Positions 1-8,349 of a DNA stretch of 50,125 bases are shown one piece after another. Both the position numbers and the translations under genes were made by a program. Numbering within the stretch: the stretch's first letter is position 1; every line of letters begins with the position of its first letter. The notes under the pieces were generated by a model that saw only the letters and a list, made by a program, of their open reading frames with translations, was not told the origin of the DNA and did not search any database. Origin of the DNA: Beijerinckiaceae bacterium (lineage in GTDB: Bacteria > Pseudomonadota > Alphaproteobacteria > Rhizobiales > Beijerinckiaceae); NCBI GenBank assembly GCA_051648665.1, contig JBOFFO010000092.1:1-50125 (forward strand). Reading direction: 5' to 3'.

Positions 1-186
1 TATGGCGCACGGCCGCTGAAGCGCACGATCCAGAAGAATGTGCAGGATCCGCTGGCGGAAATGATCCTCGCCGGACAGGTGCGGGATGGAACAGTCGTGC
101 CGATTTCAGTGGGCGGCGCGGGGTTGATGATCGGCGATGTGCATGTGGCCGGTGAACGCCGTCCGCAGGGCGTAACGCTGAACTAG
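1..186 (+). CDS. clpB: ClpB chaperone, C-terminal end (5'-truncated by window)
   Basis: Frame 1 reads [27 protein letters not shown]...TLN*; GARPL(K/R)R is the sensor-2 motif of ClpA/B D2, followed by a ClpB-type tail; stop TAG at 184-186. Confidence 0.85.
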   Translation, partial: YGARPLKRTIQKNVQDPLAEMILAGQVRDGTVVPISVGGAGLMIGDVHVAGERRPQGVTLN

Positions 187-208
187 CGCCGGCATAAATC
201 CAAACCAT

Positions 209-240
209 GCGCGCGGGCCTTTGGCTCGCGCGTTATTTTA
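209..240. terminator. Hairpin between convergent genes, probable (bidirectional) terminator
   Basis: gcgcgcgggcc-ttt-ggctcgcgcgt stem (with G-U pairs) followed by tatttta, between clpB stop and the stop of the minus-strand gene. Confidence 0.6.
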
Positions 241-1491
241 TGATGCGGCGCGGAATTGTTCCCAAGCGTTTGCCAGCGCATTGCGGTGATCCGGCGCAGC
301 AACCGCGATGAGCGCTTGGGCGCGGGCGTCGCAATCAAGGTCGCGCAACTGCGCCACGCCGTGTTCGGTCACGACAATGTCGGCATCGGCGCGCGCCATG
401 CTCGCCGCACCAGCGGCCAGCAGCGGTACGATGCGGCTGCGGCCTTTATGGTGTGACGGCAGCGCTGTAATGGCGCGGCCGCCGGGCGCGAGGCGTGCGG
501 CACGCAGAAAATCGCCGCCTCCGCCAATGCCGCTCACTTGCCGGCCATTGATGCTTTCACAATTGATCTGACCGAGGAGATCAATTTCCAGTGCGGAATT
601 GATGGCAGTGAAATTCTTGATTGCAGCAATGTGCAGAGGGTTATGGGTGATCCGGTTGCCATGAAATTCGACATCGGGCCTGCGGCAGAATTCATGCAGG
701 CTTTCGCCGCCTGCCGCAAAGCCGGTGATGACGACAGGCGCATGTGCGGCTGGCGCTGTCAGTGCGCCTGATCCGTGCAATTCAACCAGTGCGTCGGTGA
801 TCATGCCGGAGCGTACGCAGAGGCGGCGATGATGCTTCAATGCGCTGAGAATGGCGGTCTGCACACGGCCTATGCCAAATTGCAGGGCATCGCCATCGCG
901 CACCAACCCGGCGACATGGTTTGCGATGGCCTGCGTCACATTATCGGTGCCGAGGTCTGCGGGAATAGCGAGCAGCGGACCATCAGCATCGATAAGAAAA
1001 TCTGTATCCGATTCAGCCAGCGCGACCGCACCGTGCGTGAACGGTATCTGCGGATTGACGAGCACGGCAATTTTTCGCGCATAGGCGCGTACGCCATCGG
1101 CAATGTCAGCGGTTAGGCCACAGGAGAAAACGCCGTCGCGCGGCGGCGGGAGATGCAGGATTGCGAGGTCGGCGGGGTTGCGGGTGAAATAATCCGGCAC
1201 ATGCGAATAATGCAGCGGCAGCAATGCGGTGCGGCCATCGCGAAACGTTGCTGTCTGATCGGGGGTGACGAACAGGGTTTCAACGCGGGTCGTTGGCGTC
1301 AGGGTGGCAAGATCAAATGGCAGCAGACCGGGGATGAACAGGCCGGTGAAGGTGCGGTTTGCGGCAAGGGCAGGATCATGGCGCAAGGTTTCCAGCAGCA
1401 ATGGCGAGAGCGACGGCCCGGCATGCAGCAGCACGCGGCGGTCATGCGGCATTTCATTCTGCAACAGGCTTTCGAGTGTCGTTGTCGTCAT
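238..1491 (-). CDS. Acetyl-CoA hydrolase/transferase family protein (family I, 4-hydroxybutyrate CoA-transferase-like)
   Basis: Motifs GDALQFGIG, INSALEIDLLGQ, SGIGGGGDF, SRIVP, VVTEHGVAQLR, RAQALIAVAAPDHR. Confidence 0.85.
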   Translation of the reverse strand: MTTTTLESLLQNEMPHDRRVLLHAGPSLSPLLLETLRHDPALAANRTFTGLFIPGLLPFDLATLTPTTRVETLFVTPDQTATFRDGRTALLPLHYSHVPDYFTRNPADLAILHLPPPRDGVFSCGLTADIADGVRAYARKIAVLVNPQIPFTHGAVALAESDTDFLIDADGPLLAIPADLGTDNVTQAIANHVAGLVRDGDALQFGIGRVQTAILSALKHHRRLCVRSGMITDALVELHGSGALTAPAAHAPVVITGFAAGGESLHEFCRRPDVEFHGNRITHNPLHIAAIKNFTAINSALEIDLLGQINCESINGRQVSGIGGGGDFLRAARLAPGGRAITALPSHHKGRSRIVPLLAAGAASMARADADIVVTEHGVAQLRDLDCDARAQALIAVAAPDHRNALANAWEQFRAAS

Positions 1492-1656
1492 GGTCAGTGT
1501 TGGCGGCCGCGTATGGGCCAGCTATGGCGCGCGCCGGGAGTGCCGTCCATAGGCGGCTGCGCGACAAAGGCAGGACAATGCGCAGCGCTTGTGCCATGTC
1601 TGCCGCGCAGCGTTGCGGAGGCGACGCGATGATGACGTGGATTGAAGGGTTGGGCG

Positions 1657-2136
1657 ATGACGTTTCTGGTGAAAGCCGTGGTGATTGGCGGTGGGGCAAC
1701 GCTGGTTCTTGATCTGTGGGCGCTGCTGCTCAACCGGCTGTTCGGATTTGGGCTACCGAACTGGGCGCTTGTCGGGCGCTGGGTCGCCCACCTGCCGCGC
1801 GGCCAGTTCGTGCATGCGGATATTGCGCAGGCGCAACCGGTGGCGAATGAATTGGCGCTGGGCTGGGTGTTTCACTACGCCGTGGGCGTCCTGTTCGCTG
1901 CGGTCACATTGCTGCTGGGTGGCGCAGCCTGGGCGGCGCAACCGACTTGGCCGCTGCCGCTGGCTGTTGGCCTGATCACCGTGGGATGCGGCTGGTTTAT
2001 TCTTCAGCCTGGCATGGGTGCTGGCATCGCCGCTTCTAAAAAGCCTGACCGGGCGCGTATCCGCACCTTGAATATCGTGGGACATATTGTGTTTGGTCTC
2101 GCGATGTGGGGCATGGCGTGGTTTACGCGCGGCTGA
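1657..2136 (+). CDS. DUF2938-like membrane protein
   Basis: Four hydrophobic segments; IGGGATLVLDLW, NWALVGRW, ELALGWVFHY, WFILQPGMGAG, HIVFG motifs; ATG at 1657 chosen over TTG 1642. Confidence 0.75.
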   Translation: MTFLVKAVVIGGGATLVLDLWALLLNRLFGFGLPNWALVGRWVAHLPRGQFVHADIAQAQPVANELALGWVFHYAVGVLFAAVTLLLGGAAWAAQPTWPLPLAVGLITVGCGWFILQPGMGAGIAASKKPDRARIRTLNIVGHIVFGLAMWGMAWFTRG

Positions 2137-2158
2137 ACGCCGGCATAGGAGGCGTGCA

Positions 2159-3304
2159 ATGACGGGCAAGCAGGGTCCGTTGACGGGGTTGCGGGTTGTC
2201 GAATTTCTCGGCATCGGACCGGGGCCGGTGTGCGGCATGATGCTGGCCGATCTCGGTGCGGAGGTGCTTGTGATCGACCGGGTGACGCCAAGCACGCTCG
2301 GCGTGCCAAGGCCGCCGCGTTTTGAAGTGGCGCGGCGCGGCAAGGCGTATCTGGCGCTCGATCTGAAAGACAAGGCGGATATTGCGCTGGCGCTCGATCT
2401 GATCGCGGGCGCCGATGCTCTGGTGGAAGGTTTTCGGCCCGGCACAATGGAGCGGCTGGGGCTGGGGCCGGATGAGTGTCTGGCGCGCAATCCGAAACTG
2501 ATTTTTGCGCGCATCACCGGGTGGGGTCAGGAAGGACCGCTCGCCGCAACCGCCGGGCATGACCTGAATTATATCGCGCTGACGGGGGTGCTGGCCGGCA
2601 TCGGCCGCAAGGGCGGAGCGCCGACACCGCCTCTCAACCTGGTCGGCGATTATGCCGGAGGCGCGATGCTGGCGGCATTCGGCATTCTCGCCGCTTTGCA
2701 GGAACGCACGCGATCCGGGCGGGGTCAGGTCGTGGATGCGGCGATGGTCGATGGCGTCGCGACGCTGTTTGCGGAATTTTTCGGTTTCGCGGCGGCGGGT
2801 TTTTATAATGGCGAGCGTGGTAGCAATCTGCTCGACAGCGGTGCGCCGCAGTACGATGTTTATGTATGCGCCGATGGCCGGTGGCTGTCCGTCGCGCCGA
2901 TTGAGGATAAATTCCGCGCTGTGATGCTGGAGCGGCTGGGACTGGCGCCGGAAGCATTTCCCGATGTGCGCAATCCGGCCAACTGGGAAGCGGGCAAGCA
3001 GATTCTGTCGGAAATTTTCCGCACGAAGCCGCGCGATGCGTGGGTGGCGCTGTTTGCCGGCACGGATGCCTGTGTCGCGCCCGTGCTGTCGATGGCGGAA
3101 GCGCCGCAGCATCCCCATGCGCAGGCGCGTCAATCCTATCTCAATCATGACGGATTGACGCATGCGGCGCCCAGCCCGCGGTTTAGCCGCACACCCGGCG
3201 CGATTGATTTCAGTGATGAAAAGCAGCGTACAACGGCAACATTGCGCGAATGGCCGCTGGCGGAGGCCGTGCGCGCGGTGTGCCTATCCCGCGTTCAGGG
3301 CTGA
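2159..3304 (+). CDS. CaiB/BaiF family III CoA-transferase / alpha-methylacyl-CoA racemase-like
   Basis: GPLTGLRVVEFLGIGPGP, EGFRPGTMERLGLG, GHDLNY, NLVGDYAGG (catalytic Asp), DAAMVDG, PAPRFS-like tail; AGGAGG RBS before ATG 2159. Confidence 0.9.
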   Translation: MTGKQGPLTGLRVVEFLGIGPGPVCGMMLADLGAEVLVIDRVTPSTLGVPRPPRFEVARRGKAYLALDLKDKADIALALDLIAGADALVEGFRPGTMERLGLGPDECLARNPKLIFARITGWGQEGPLAATAGHDLNYIALTGVLAGIGRKGGAPTPPLNLVGDYAGGAMLAAFGILAALQERTRSGRGQVVDAAMVDGVATLFAEFFGFAAAGFYNGERGSNLLDSGAPQYDVYVCADGRWLSVAPIEDKFRAVMLERLGLAPEAFPDVRNPANWEAGKQILSEIFRTKPRDAWVALFAGTDACVAPVLSMAEAPQHPHAQARQSYLNHDGLTHAAPSPRFSRTPGAIDFSDEKQRTTATLREWPLAEAVRAVCLSRVQG

Positions 3305-4530
3305 TGCGCGGCCTGCATCGCCGCTTGCAGCAGCACATTCGCGCCCGCAATGAGGTCAGCCTCTGCAGTGAATTCCTTTGGATTGTGTGAAAGCCCGCCG
3401 GTGGAGGGGACGAAAATCATGGCGGTCGGACACAGGGACGCCATGAGTTGCGCATCATGTCCTGCCCCGGAGATCATGCGCCGCACGGGATAATTCAGCG
3501 CATGCGCCGCGTGCTCAACGCTGGTAATCAACGATTCCGAAAATGGCGTCGGCGCAAAGCGGGCGAGGTCACGGATGCCGATGGTGACGCCACCCTCGTC
3601 CGCACAGCGTTTGCAAAAATCGCGCACATTGTTCTCGGCTTCGGCCAAGCCCGCTGCATCGGGATTGCGCAGATCGAGCGTCGCGACCACGCGCTCCGGC
3701 ACGACATTCACATTGTTGGGATCGAAGCGAATGAAACCCATATTGGCGAGTTGGCCGGGGATGGCTTTTGTTACTTCATGGGCGTGGGCGTTGATGCGCG
3801 CGGCAGCGAGGCCGGCGTCCCGGCGATAGGCCATTGGCGTCGTGCCGGCATGGTTGGGCTGACCTTCAATGGTCAATTCGAGCCAGGTTATGCCTTGCAC
3901 ACCTGTCACTGCGCCGATGCCGCCGCCTTCGCGGTCGAGCACCGGCCCCTGCTCGATATGCAGTTCCAGATAGGAATGGGCGGCCAGAAATCCGGGCGGC
4001 TCCGGCCCTTCGTAGCCGATGCGGCGTAATTCATCGCCGACCCTCAAACCCTCTGTGTCGCAGGCGTTTCTTGCATCGGCCAGTGACAATTGTCCGGCCC
4101 AGACACAGGAGCCAAACATATCGGGTTGAAAGCGGGCTCCTTCCTCATTGGTGAAGGCGATCACGGCCATGTCGCGCGGGGGTGTAATCTGCGCATCGCG
4201 CAGCGCTGCCAGCACTTCCAGTCCGGCGATGACGCCATACGCGCCGTCATATTTCCCGCCGGTCGCAACGGTGTCGATGTGTGAACCCATAATCAGGGCC
4301 GGGCCAGCGTGCGCGCCTTTCAAAACGCCGACAATGTTGCCAATGGCGTCGATCTGCACCGTGAGTCCGAGCGCGCGCATTTCTTCAACCAGCCAATCGC
4401 GGCCCTGCTTGTCCTCATCGGTCAGTGCCAGCCTGCGGCAGCCGCCATCGGGCGTCGCGCCGATATGCGCCAGCGCCATCAGGCGACTCATCAGCCGCGC
4501 GCCATCAATCCGCAGATTGCCGTGTTTCAT
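3295..4530 (-). CDS. M20 Zn-dependent amidohydrolase (N-carbamoyl-L-amino acid hydrolase / beta-ureidopropionase / allantoate amidohydrolase family)
   Basis: GSHIDT, GKYDG, NEEGARF, ELHIEQGP, NHAGTTPM, SGAGHDAQ, SHNPKE motifs; start placed at MKHGNLRID (4530). Confidence 0.9.
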   Translation of the reverse strand: MKHGNLRIDGARLMSRLMALAHIGATPDGGCRRLALTDEDKQGRDWLVEEMRALGLTVQIDAIGNIVGVLKGAHAGPALIMGSHIDTVATGGKYDGAYGVIAGLEVLAALRDAQITPPRDMAVIAFTNEEGARFQPDMFGSCVWAGQLSLADARNACDTEGLRVGDELRRIGYEGPEPPGFLAAHSYLELHIEQGPVLDREGGGIGAVTGVQGITWLELTIEGQPNHAGTTPMAYRRDAGLAAARINAHAHEVTKAIPGQLANMGFIRFDPNNVNVVPERVVATLDLRNPDAAGLAEAENNVRDFCKRCADEGGVTIGIRDLARFAPTPFSESLITSVEHAAHALNYPVRRMISGAGHDAQLMASLCPTAMIFVPSTGGLSHNPKEFTAEADLIAGANVLLQAAMQAAHQP

Positions 4531-4546
4531 ATGCTGTCCTGCGCGC

Positions 4547-5494
4547 TCAATCCGGTTCGCGCACGCCCTTCTGCTCGACAATGCGGCGATATTGTTCCGG
4601 CTCCCGGTGCCGCTCGAAATTGAACACCCATTTCTTGTAGCTCGTGACGAGATCAAGGTCGCAACGCGCGACGATCAACTCATCACCTGTCGTTTGCGCC
4701 TGCGCGACAATTTCGCCGGTTGGCGCGATAATGCAGCTGCCGCCGATCAAATCGCACCCTTCTTCGAAACCCGCCTTGGCGACGCCAACGACCCATGTGC
4801 CGTTCTGATAAGCACCGGCCTGCATCACAAGCTGGTTGTGAAAATAGCCGAGCCGGTCCTGCTCGGGCGAAGGCGGGTTGTGGTAGGGCGTGTTGTAGCC
4901 GAGCAGGATCATTTCCACGCCCTGCAGGCCCATAACGCGGTAGCTTTCCGGCCAGCGCCGGTCGTTGCAGATCATTTGGCCGAACAGGCCGCGCTGCAAA
5001 TCCTCGCCAGCGCGCGCCACGGGCCATGACAGATCGCCGACTTCGAAATAGCGTTTTTCCAGATGCTGGAACACGCGCCACGGCTCATGTTCACGATGGC
5101 CGGGCAAATGGATTTTCCGATAGCGGGCGATAATCGCGCCAGATTTATCGACAATGATTTGCGTGTTGAAACGGCGAATGCGGCCATCCTGCACGGTTTT
5201 TTCGGCATAGCCGAAGGAAAAGGCGAGCTTCAGCGCGCGCGCCGCTTCAAACAAGGGTGCGGTTTCGTTCGACGGCATGGCCGATTCAAAGAAGCTGTCG
5301 ATCTCCGCCTGATCTTCCATGTACCAGCGCGGGAAAAAGGTCGTCAGAGTCAATTCGGGGAACACCACGAGATCGCAGCGGTTGTGCGCAGCCTGCTGCA
5401 TCAGCGCAATCATGCGGGACACAACCTCGGCGCGGCTATGCCGGCGCTGGATCGGTCCCATCTGGGCTGCGCCGACAGTGATCACTCTGCTCAT
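4547..5494 (-). CDS. N-carbamoyl-D-amino acid amidohydrolase (D-carbamoylase, nitrilase superfamily)
   Basis: FPELTLTTFFPRW (Glu), YRKIHLPGH (Lys), FQHLEKRYF, ICNDRRWPE (Cys), GYNTP: the D-carbamoylase signature set. Confidence 0.9.
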   Translation of the reverse strand: MSRVITVGAAQMGPIQRRHSRAEVVSRMIALMQQAAHNRCDLVVFPELTLTTFFPRWYMEDQAEIDSFFESAMPSNETAPLFEAARALKLAFSFGYAEKTVQDGRIRRFNTQIIVDKSGAIIARYRKIHLPGHREHEPWRVFQHLEKRYFEVGDLSWPVARAGEDLQRGLFGQMICNDRRWPESYRVMGLQGVEMILLGYNTPYHNPPSPEQDRLGYFHNQLVMQAGAYQNGTWVVGVAKAGFEEGCDLIGGSCIIAPTGEIVAQAQTTGDELIVARCDLDLVTSYKKWVFNFERHREPEQYRRIVEQKGVREPD

Positions 5495-6630
5495 GATGGT
5501 GAACCCGCCTTTATGATTTCTTCGGCGCTCTTGCCAACGATGTCGCGATATACGGCGGCATCAGTCGCGCCTTCGGTGCCGAACACCAACACGCGCGATT
5601 GTTCATTGATCCGCAATGCCGCGCGCATGGCCGGATCAGCGGCGGCATGACGGAAGCCGGCAAGACCGGCAACGCCGGATTCCCCGCCGACGATGCCATG
5701 ATCAGCCAGATCGCGCATGGATTGTGCTGCCATCGCATCGGTGATCGTCATGAACGCGTCCGCGCCGGGCTGGAGGATTTGCCAGGCGAGGATGGAGGGT
5801 TCGCCGCAGGCCAGGCCAGCCATGATGGTTTCGAGATCGCCGCCGACGGTCCGTAACGTGTGGGCGCGGGCACTGTCGAACAGGCAGGCTGCCGTCACCG
5901 GCTCGACCACCGTAAAAATCGGCCGCGAGGCGCCGTGTGTTTCCCAGTAATAGGACAGCAACGCCGCCGCGAGGCCGCCCACGCCACCCTGCACGAACAC
6001 ATGGGTCGGGCTGGCCGCTTGCGCCGCCGCCTCCATCGCCATGACAGCATAGCCCTGCATGACATCCTTGGGCACGTCCTCGTATCCGGGCCATGAGGTA
6101 TCGGAGACTATGTGCCAGCCATTTTTCGCTGCAGCAGCCGTGGAGGCGCGCACCGCGTCATCATAAGTGCGGCCTTCGCGCACAACCGTCGCGCCGAGCG
6201 CTGCAATGGCGCCGGCGCGGCCGGAGCTCACCGTCTCATGGACATAAATCACGGCCTTGATGCCGGCGCGGCGGGCGCCCCACGCAACAGCGCGGCCATG
6301 ATTGCCGTCCGTCGCACAGGTCACGGTGAGGCCGGTGCGGCCCAGCCGGTTCACCAGACGCTCCACCGCGTAAGCGCCGCCGAGGCCCTTGAATGCCTTG
6401 AGCGCGAACCGGTGTCCCTCGTCCTTGTAGGAGACCGACGCAATTTTGCACTCCGCTGCAATAAATTCCAGCGACCGCAACGGGGTAGGCGCATATCCAT
6501 CCCACGCTGCGATCGCCGCCTGCGCGGCGCGCGCGCCTTGCAAGGAGAGAATGGATTGCAGCGCAGCATCGTACGGTGCTGCAGTGCGCTGTTCCAGATT
6601 CAGGAAAAAGCCTGGCGAAGTGTTTGTCAT
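5491..6630 (-). CDS. dpaL: Diaminopropionate ammonia-lyase (PLP, fold type II)
   Basis: YAPTPL, KDEGHRFALKAFKGLGG (PLP Lys), ATDGNHGRAVAW, SDTSWPGY, QGGVGG, TIMAGLACGEP, GESGVAG, TEGATD. Confidence 0.9.
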   Translation of the reverse strand: MTNTSPGFFLNLEQRTAAPYDAALQSILSLQGARAAQAAIAAWDGYAPTPLRSLEFIAAECKIASVSYKDEGHRFALKAFKGLGGAYAVERLVNRLGRTGLTVTCATDGNHGRAVAWGARRAGIKAVIYVHETVSSGRAGAIAALGATVVREGRTYDDAVRASTAAAAKNGWHIVSDTSWPGYEDVPKDVMQGYAVMAMEAAAQAASPTHVFVQGGVGGLAAALLSYYWETHGASRPIFTVVEPVTAACLFDSARAHTLRTVGGDLETIMAGLACGEPSILAWQILQPGADAFMTITDAMAAQSMRDLADHGIVGGESGVAGLAGFRHAAADPAMRAALRINEQSRVLVFGTEGATDAAVYRDIVGKSAEEIIKAGSPS

Positions 6631-6785
6631 CACGCCGGAGTGTCGGCGCGTGCGGCTGTCACCGTCAAGCGCCCGCGTATGCCCGGAGGGCCGTCTGCAC
6701 TTGCGAAATTTGCATTGGCAGGGTGAACGAGACTCGCTAGCGTTGCTGGATCAGGTGCTGCCTGCCTGGTACTGAGGAGATGCTG

Positions 6786-8255
6786 ATGCGGATTTTTGCT
6801 GCTTCGCTCGCGACCGAGACGAATACCTTCTCGCCGATCCCGACGAACCGCGCTAATTTCGAAGCATCGGCGTATTTTCCCCCCGGCCAGCATCCTGATC
6901 GTGCGACGCATACGACGGCGCCGCTTTATGTGGCGCGCCAGCGCGCCCGCCAGGAAGGTTTTACGCTGATCGAAGGCTCCTGTTTCTGGGCGGAACCGTC
7001 CGGAACGTGCGCGCAGGCTTCTTATGAAGACATGCGCGATGAAATCCTTGCCCAGTTGCGCGCTGCAATGCCAGTCGATGGGGTGCTGCTTGGCCTGCAT
7101 GGCGCCTTCGTCGCCCATGGTTATGATGATTGCGAGGGCGACATCATCGCGCGCGTGCGGGACATTGTCGGCCCGTCAGTGCCTATCGGGGTGGAGCTTG
7201 ATCCGCATTGCCATCTGACGGAAAAACGCGTGCAACTGGCGGATATCATCATCATCTACAAGGAATATCCGCATATCGATTTTGTCGAGCGGGCAGAAGA
7301 ACTTGTCGGGCTGATCGTGAAAACCATCCGCGGCCAGATCAAGCCCGTGATGTCGCTTTATGATTGCCGGATGATTGAGCTGGTGCCGACGACGCGCGAA
7401 CCGGGACGGTCGTTTGTCGATCGCATGAGTGCGCTGGAAGGCAAGGATCATGTGCTCTCGATTTCGCTGGCGCATGGCTTTCAGCAGGGCGATGTGCCGG
7501 AAATCGGCTCGCGCGTGCTGGTCGTCACCAACAATGCGAAAGCGACTGGCGATGCGCTGGCGCGCAAGCTGGGTGAAGAATTCCGTGCGCTCAAAGGCTC
7601 GTTTGCGCCGCCGCTGGTGGCGCTCGACGATGCGCTGGATCGCGCACTCGCCGCGCCTGCCGGCAAGCCGGTCGTGCTTGGCGATTCCTCGGACAATGCC
7701 GGTGGCGGAGCAGCTTCTGATAACACCAATGTGCTGCGCCGCATGCTGGAGCGCGGGATCGACAATGCGGCCATTGGGCCGATCTGGGATCCCGTCGCCG
7801 TTGGATTTTGTCACACCGCAGGGGTCGGTGCGACCATTCCCCTGCGCTTTGGTGGCAAGGCAGCGGCCACCTCCGGTACGCCTGTCGATGGCGAGGTGAC
7901 CATTATCGGCCTGGCGAAAAACGCCGTTCAAAGTTTTGGCACAGCCAAGGTGCCGATCGGCGATGTCGCCGGCATCCGCATCGGCGGGGTCGAGGTGGCG
8001 CTGATCTCGCACCGTTCGCAAGCGCTGGGACTGGAAATTTTCACCAGCGTCGGCATCGACCCGACGAAGAAGAAGGTGATCAACGTCAAGTCCACCAACC
8101 ATTTTCATGCCGCCTATGGACCGATTGCGCAGGAGGTCATCTACACCGATGGCGGCGGACCTTCGCATATCGATGTGCGGAAATATCCCTACAAAAAAAT
8201 CATGCGGCCCTTGTGGCCGCATGATCCGCTTCCTGATGGGCGCTTGCTGATATGA
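6786..8255 (+). CDS. M81 family metallopeptidase (MlrC-like)
   Basis: ETNTFSP, LHGA, LDPH, YPHID, DNAGGG, VKSTNHF motifs; GAGGAG RBS upstream (alternative ATG 6780). Confidence 0.88.
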   Translation: MRIFAASLATETNTFSPIPTNRANFEASAYFPPGQHPDRATHTTAPLYVARQRARQEGFTLIEGSCFWAEPSGTCAQASYEDMRDEILAQLRAAMPVDGVLLGLHGAFVAHGYDDCEGDIIARVRDIVGPSVPIGVELDPHCHLTEKRVQLADIIIIYKEYPHIDFVERAEELVGLIVKTIRGQIKPVMSLYDCRMIELVPTTREPGRSFVDRMSALEGKDHVLSISLAHGFQQGDVPEIGSRVLVVTNNAKATGDALARKLGEEFRALKGSFAPPLVALDDALDRALAAPAGKPVVLGDSSDNAGGGAASDNTNVLRRMLERGIDNAAIGPIWDPVAVGFCHTAGVGATIPLRFGGKAAATSGTPVDGEVTIIGLAKNAVQSFGTAKVPIGDVAGIRIGGVEVALISHRSQALGLEIFTSVGIDPTKKKVINVKSTNHFHAAYGPIAQEVIYTDGGGPSHIDVRKYPYKKIMRPLWPHDPLPDGRLLI

Positions 8256-8349
8256 GCAAGGGCACAGGCCATTTATCTGTGGCTCCATCCCTGAAGCTGA
8301 AACTGCTTTTCTCACGCATGTCATCATTCGCCGCAGGAGGGCGTTGACC

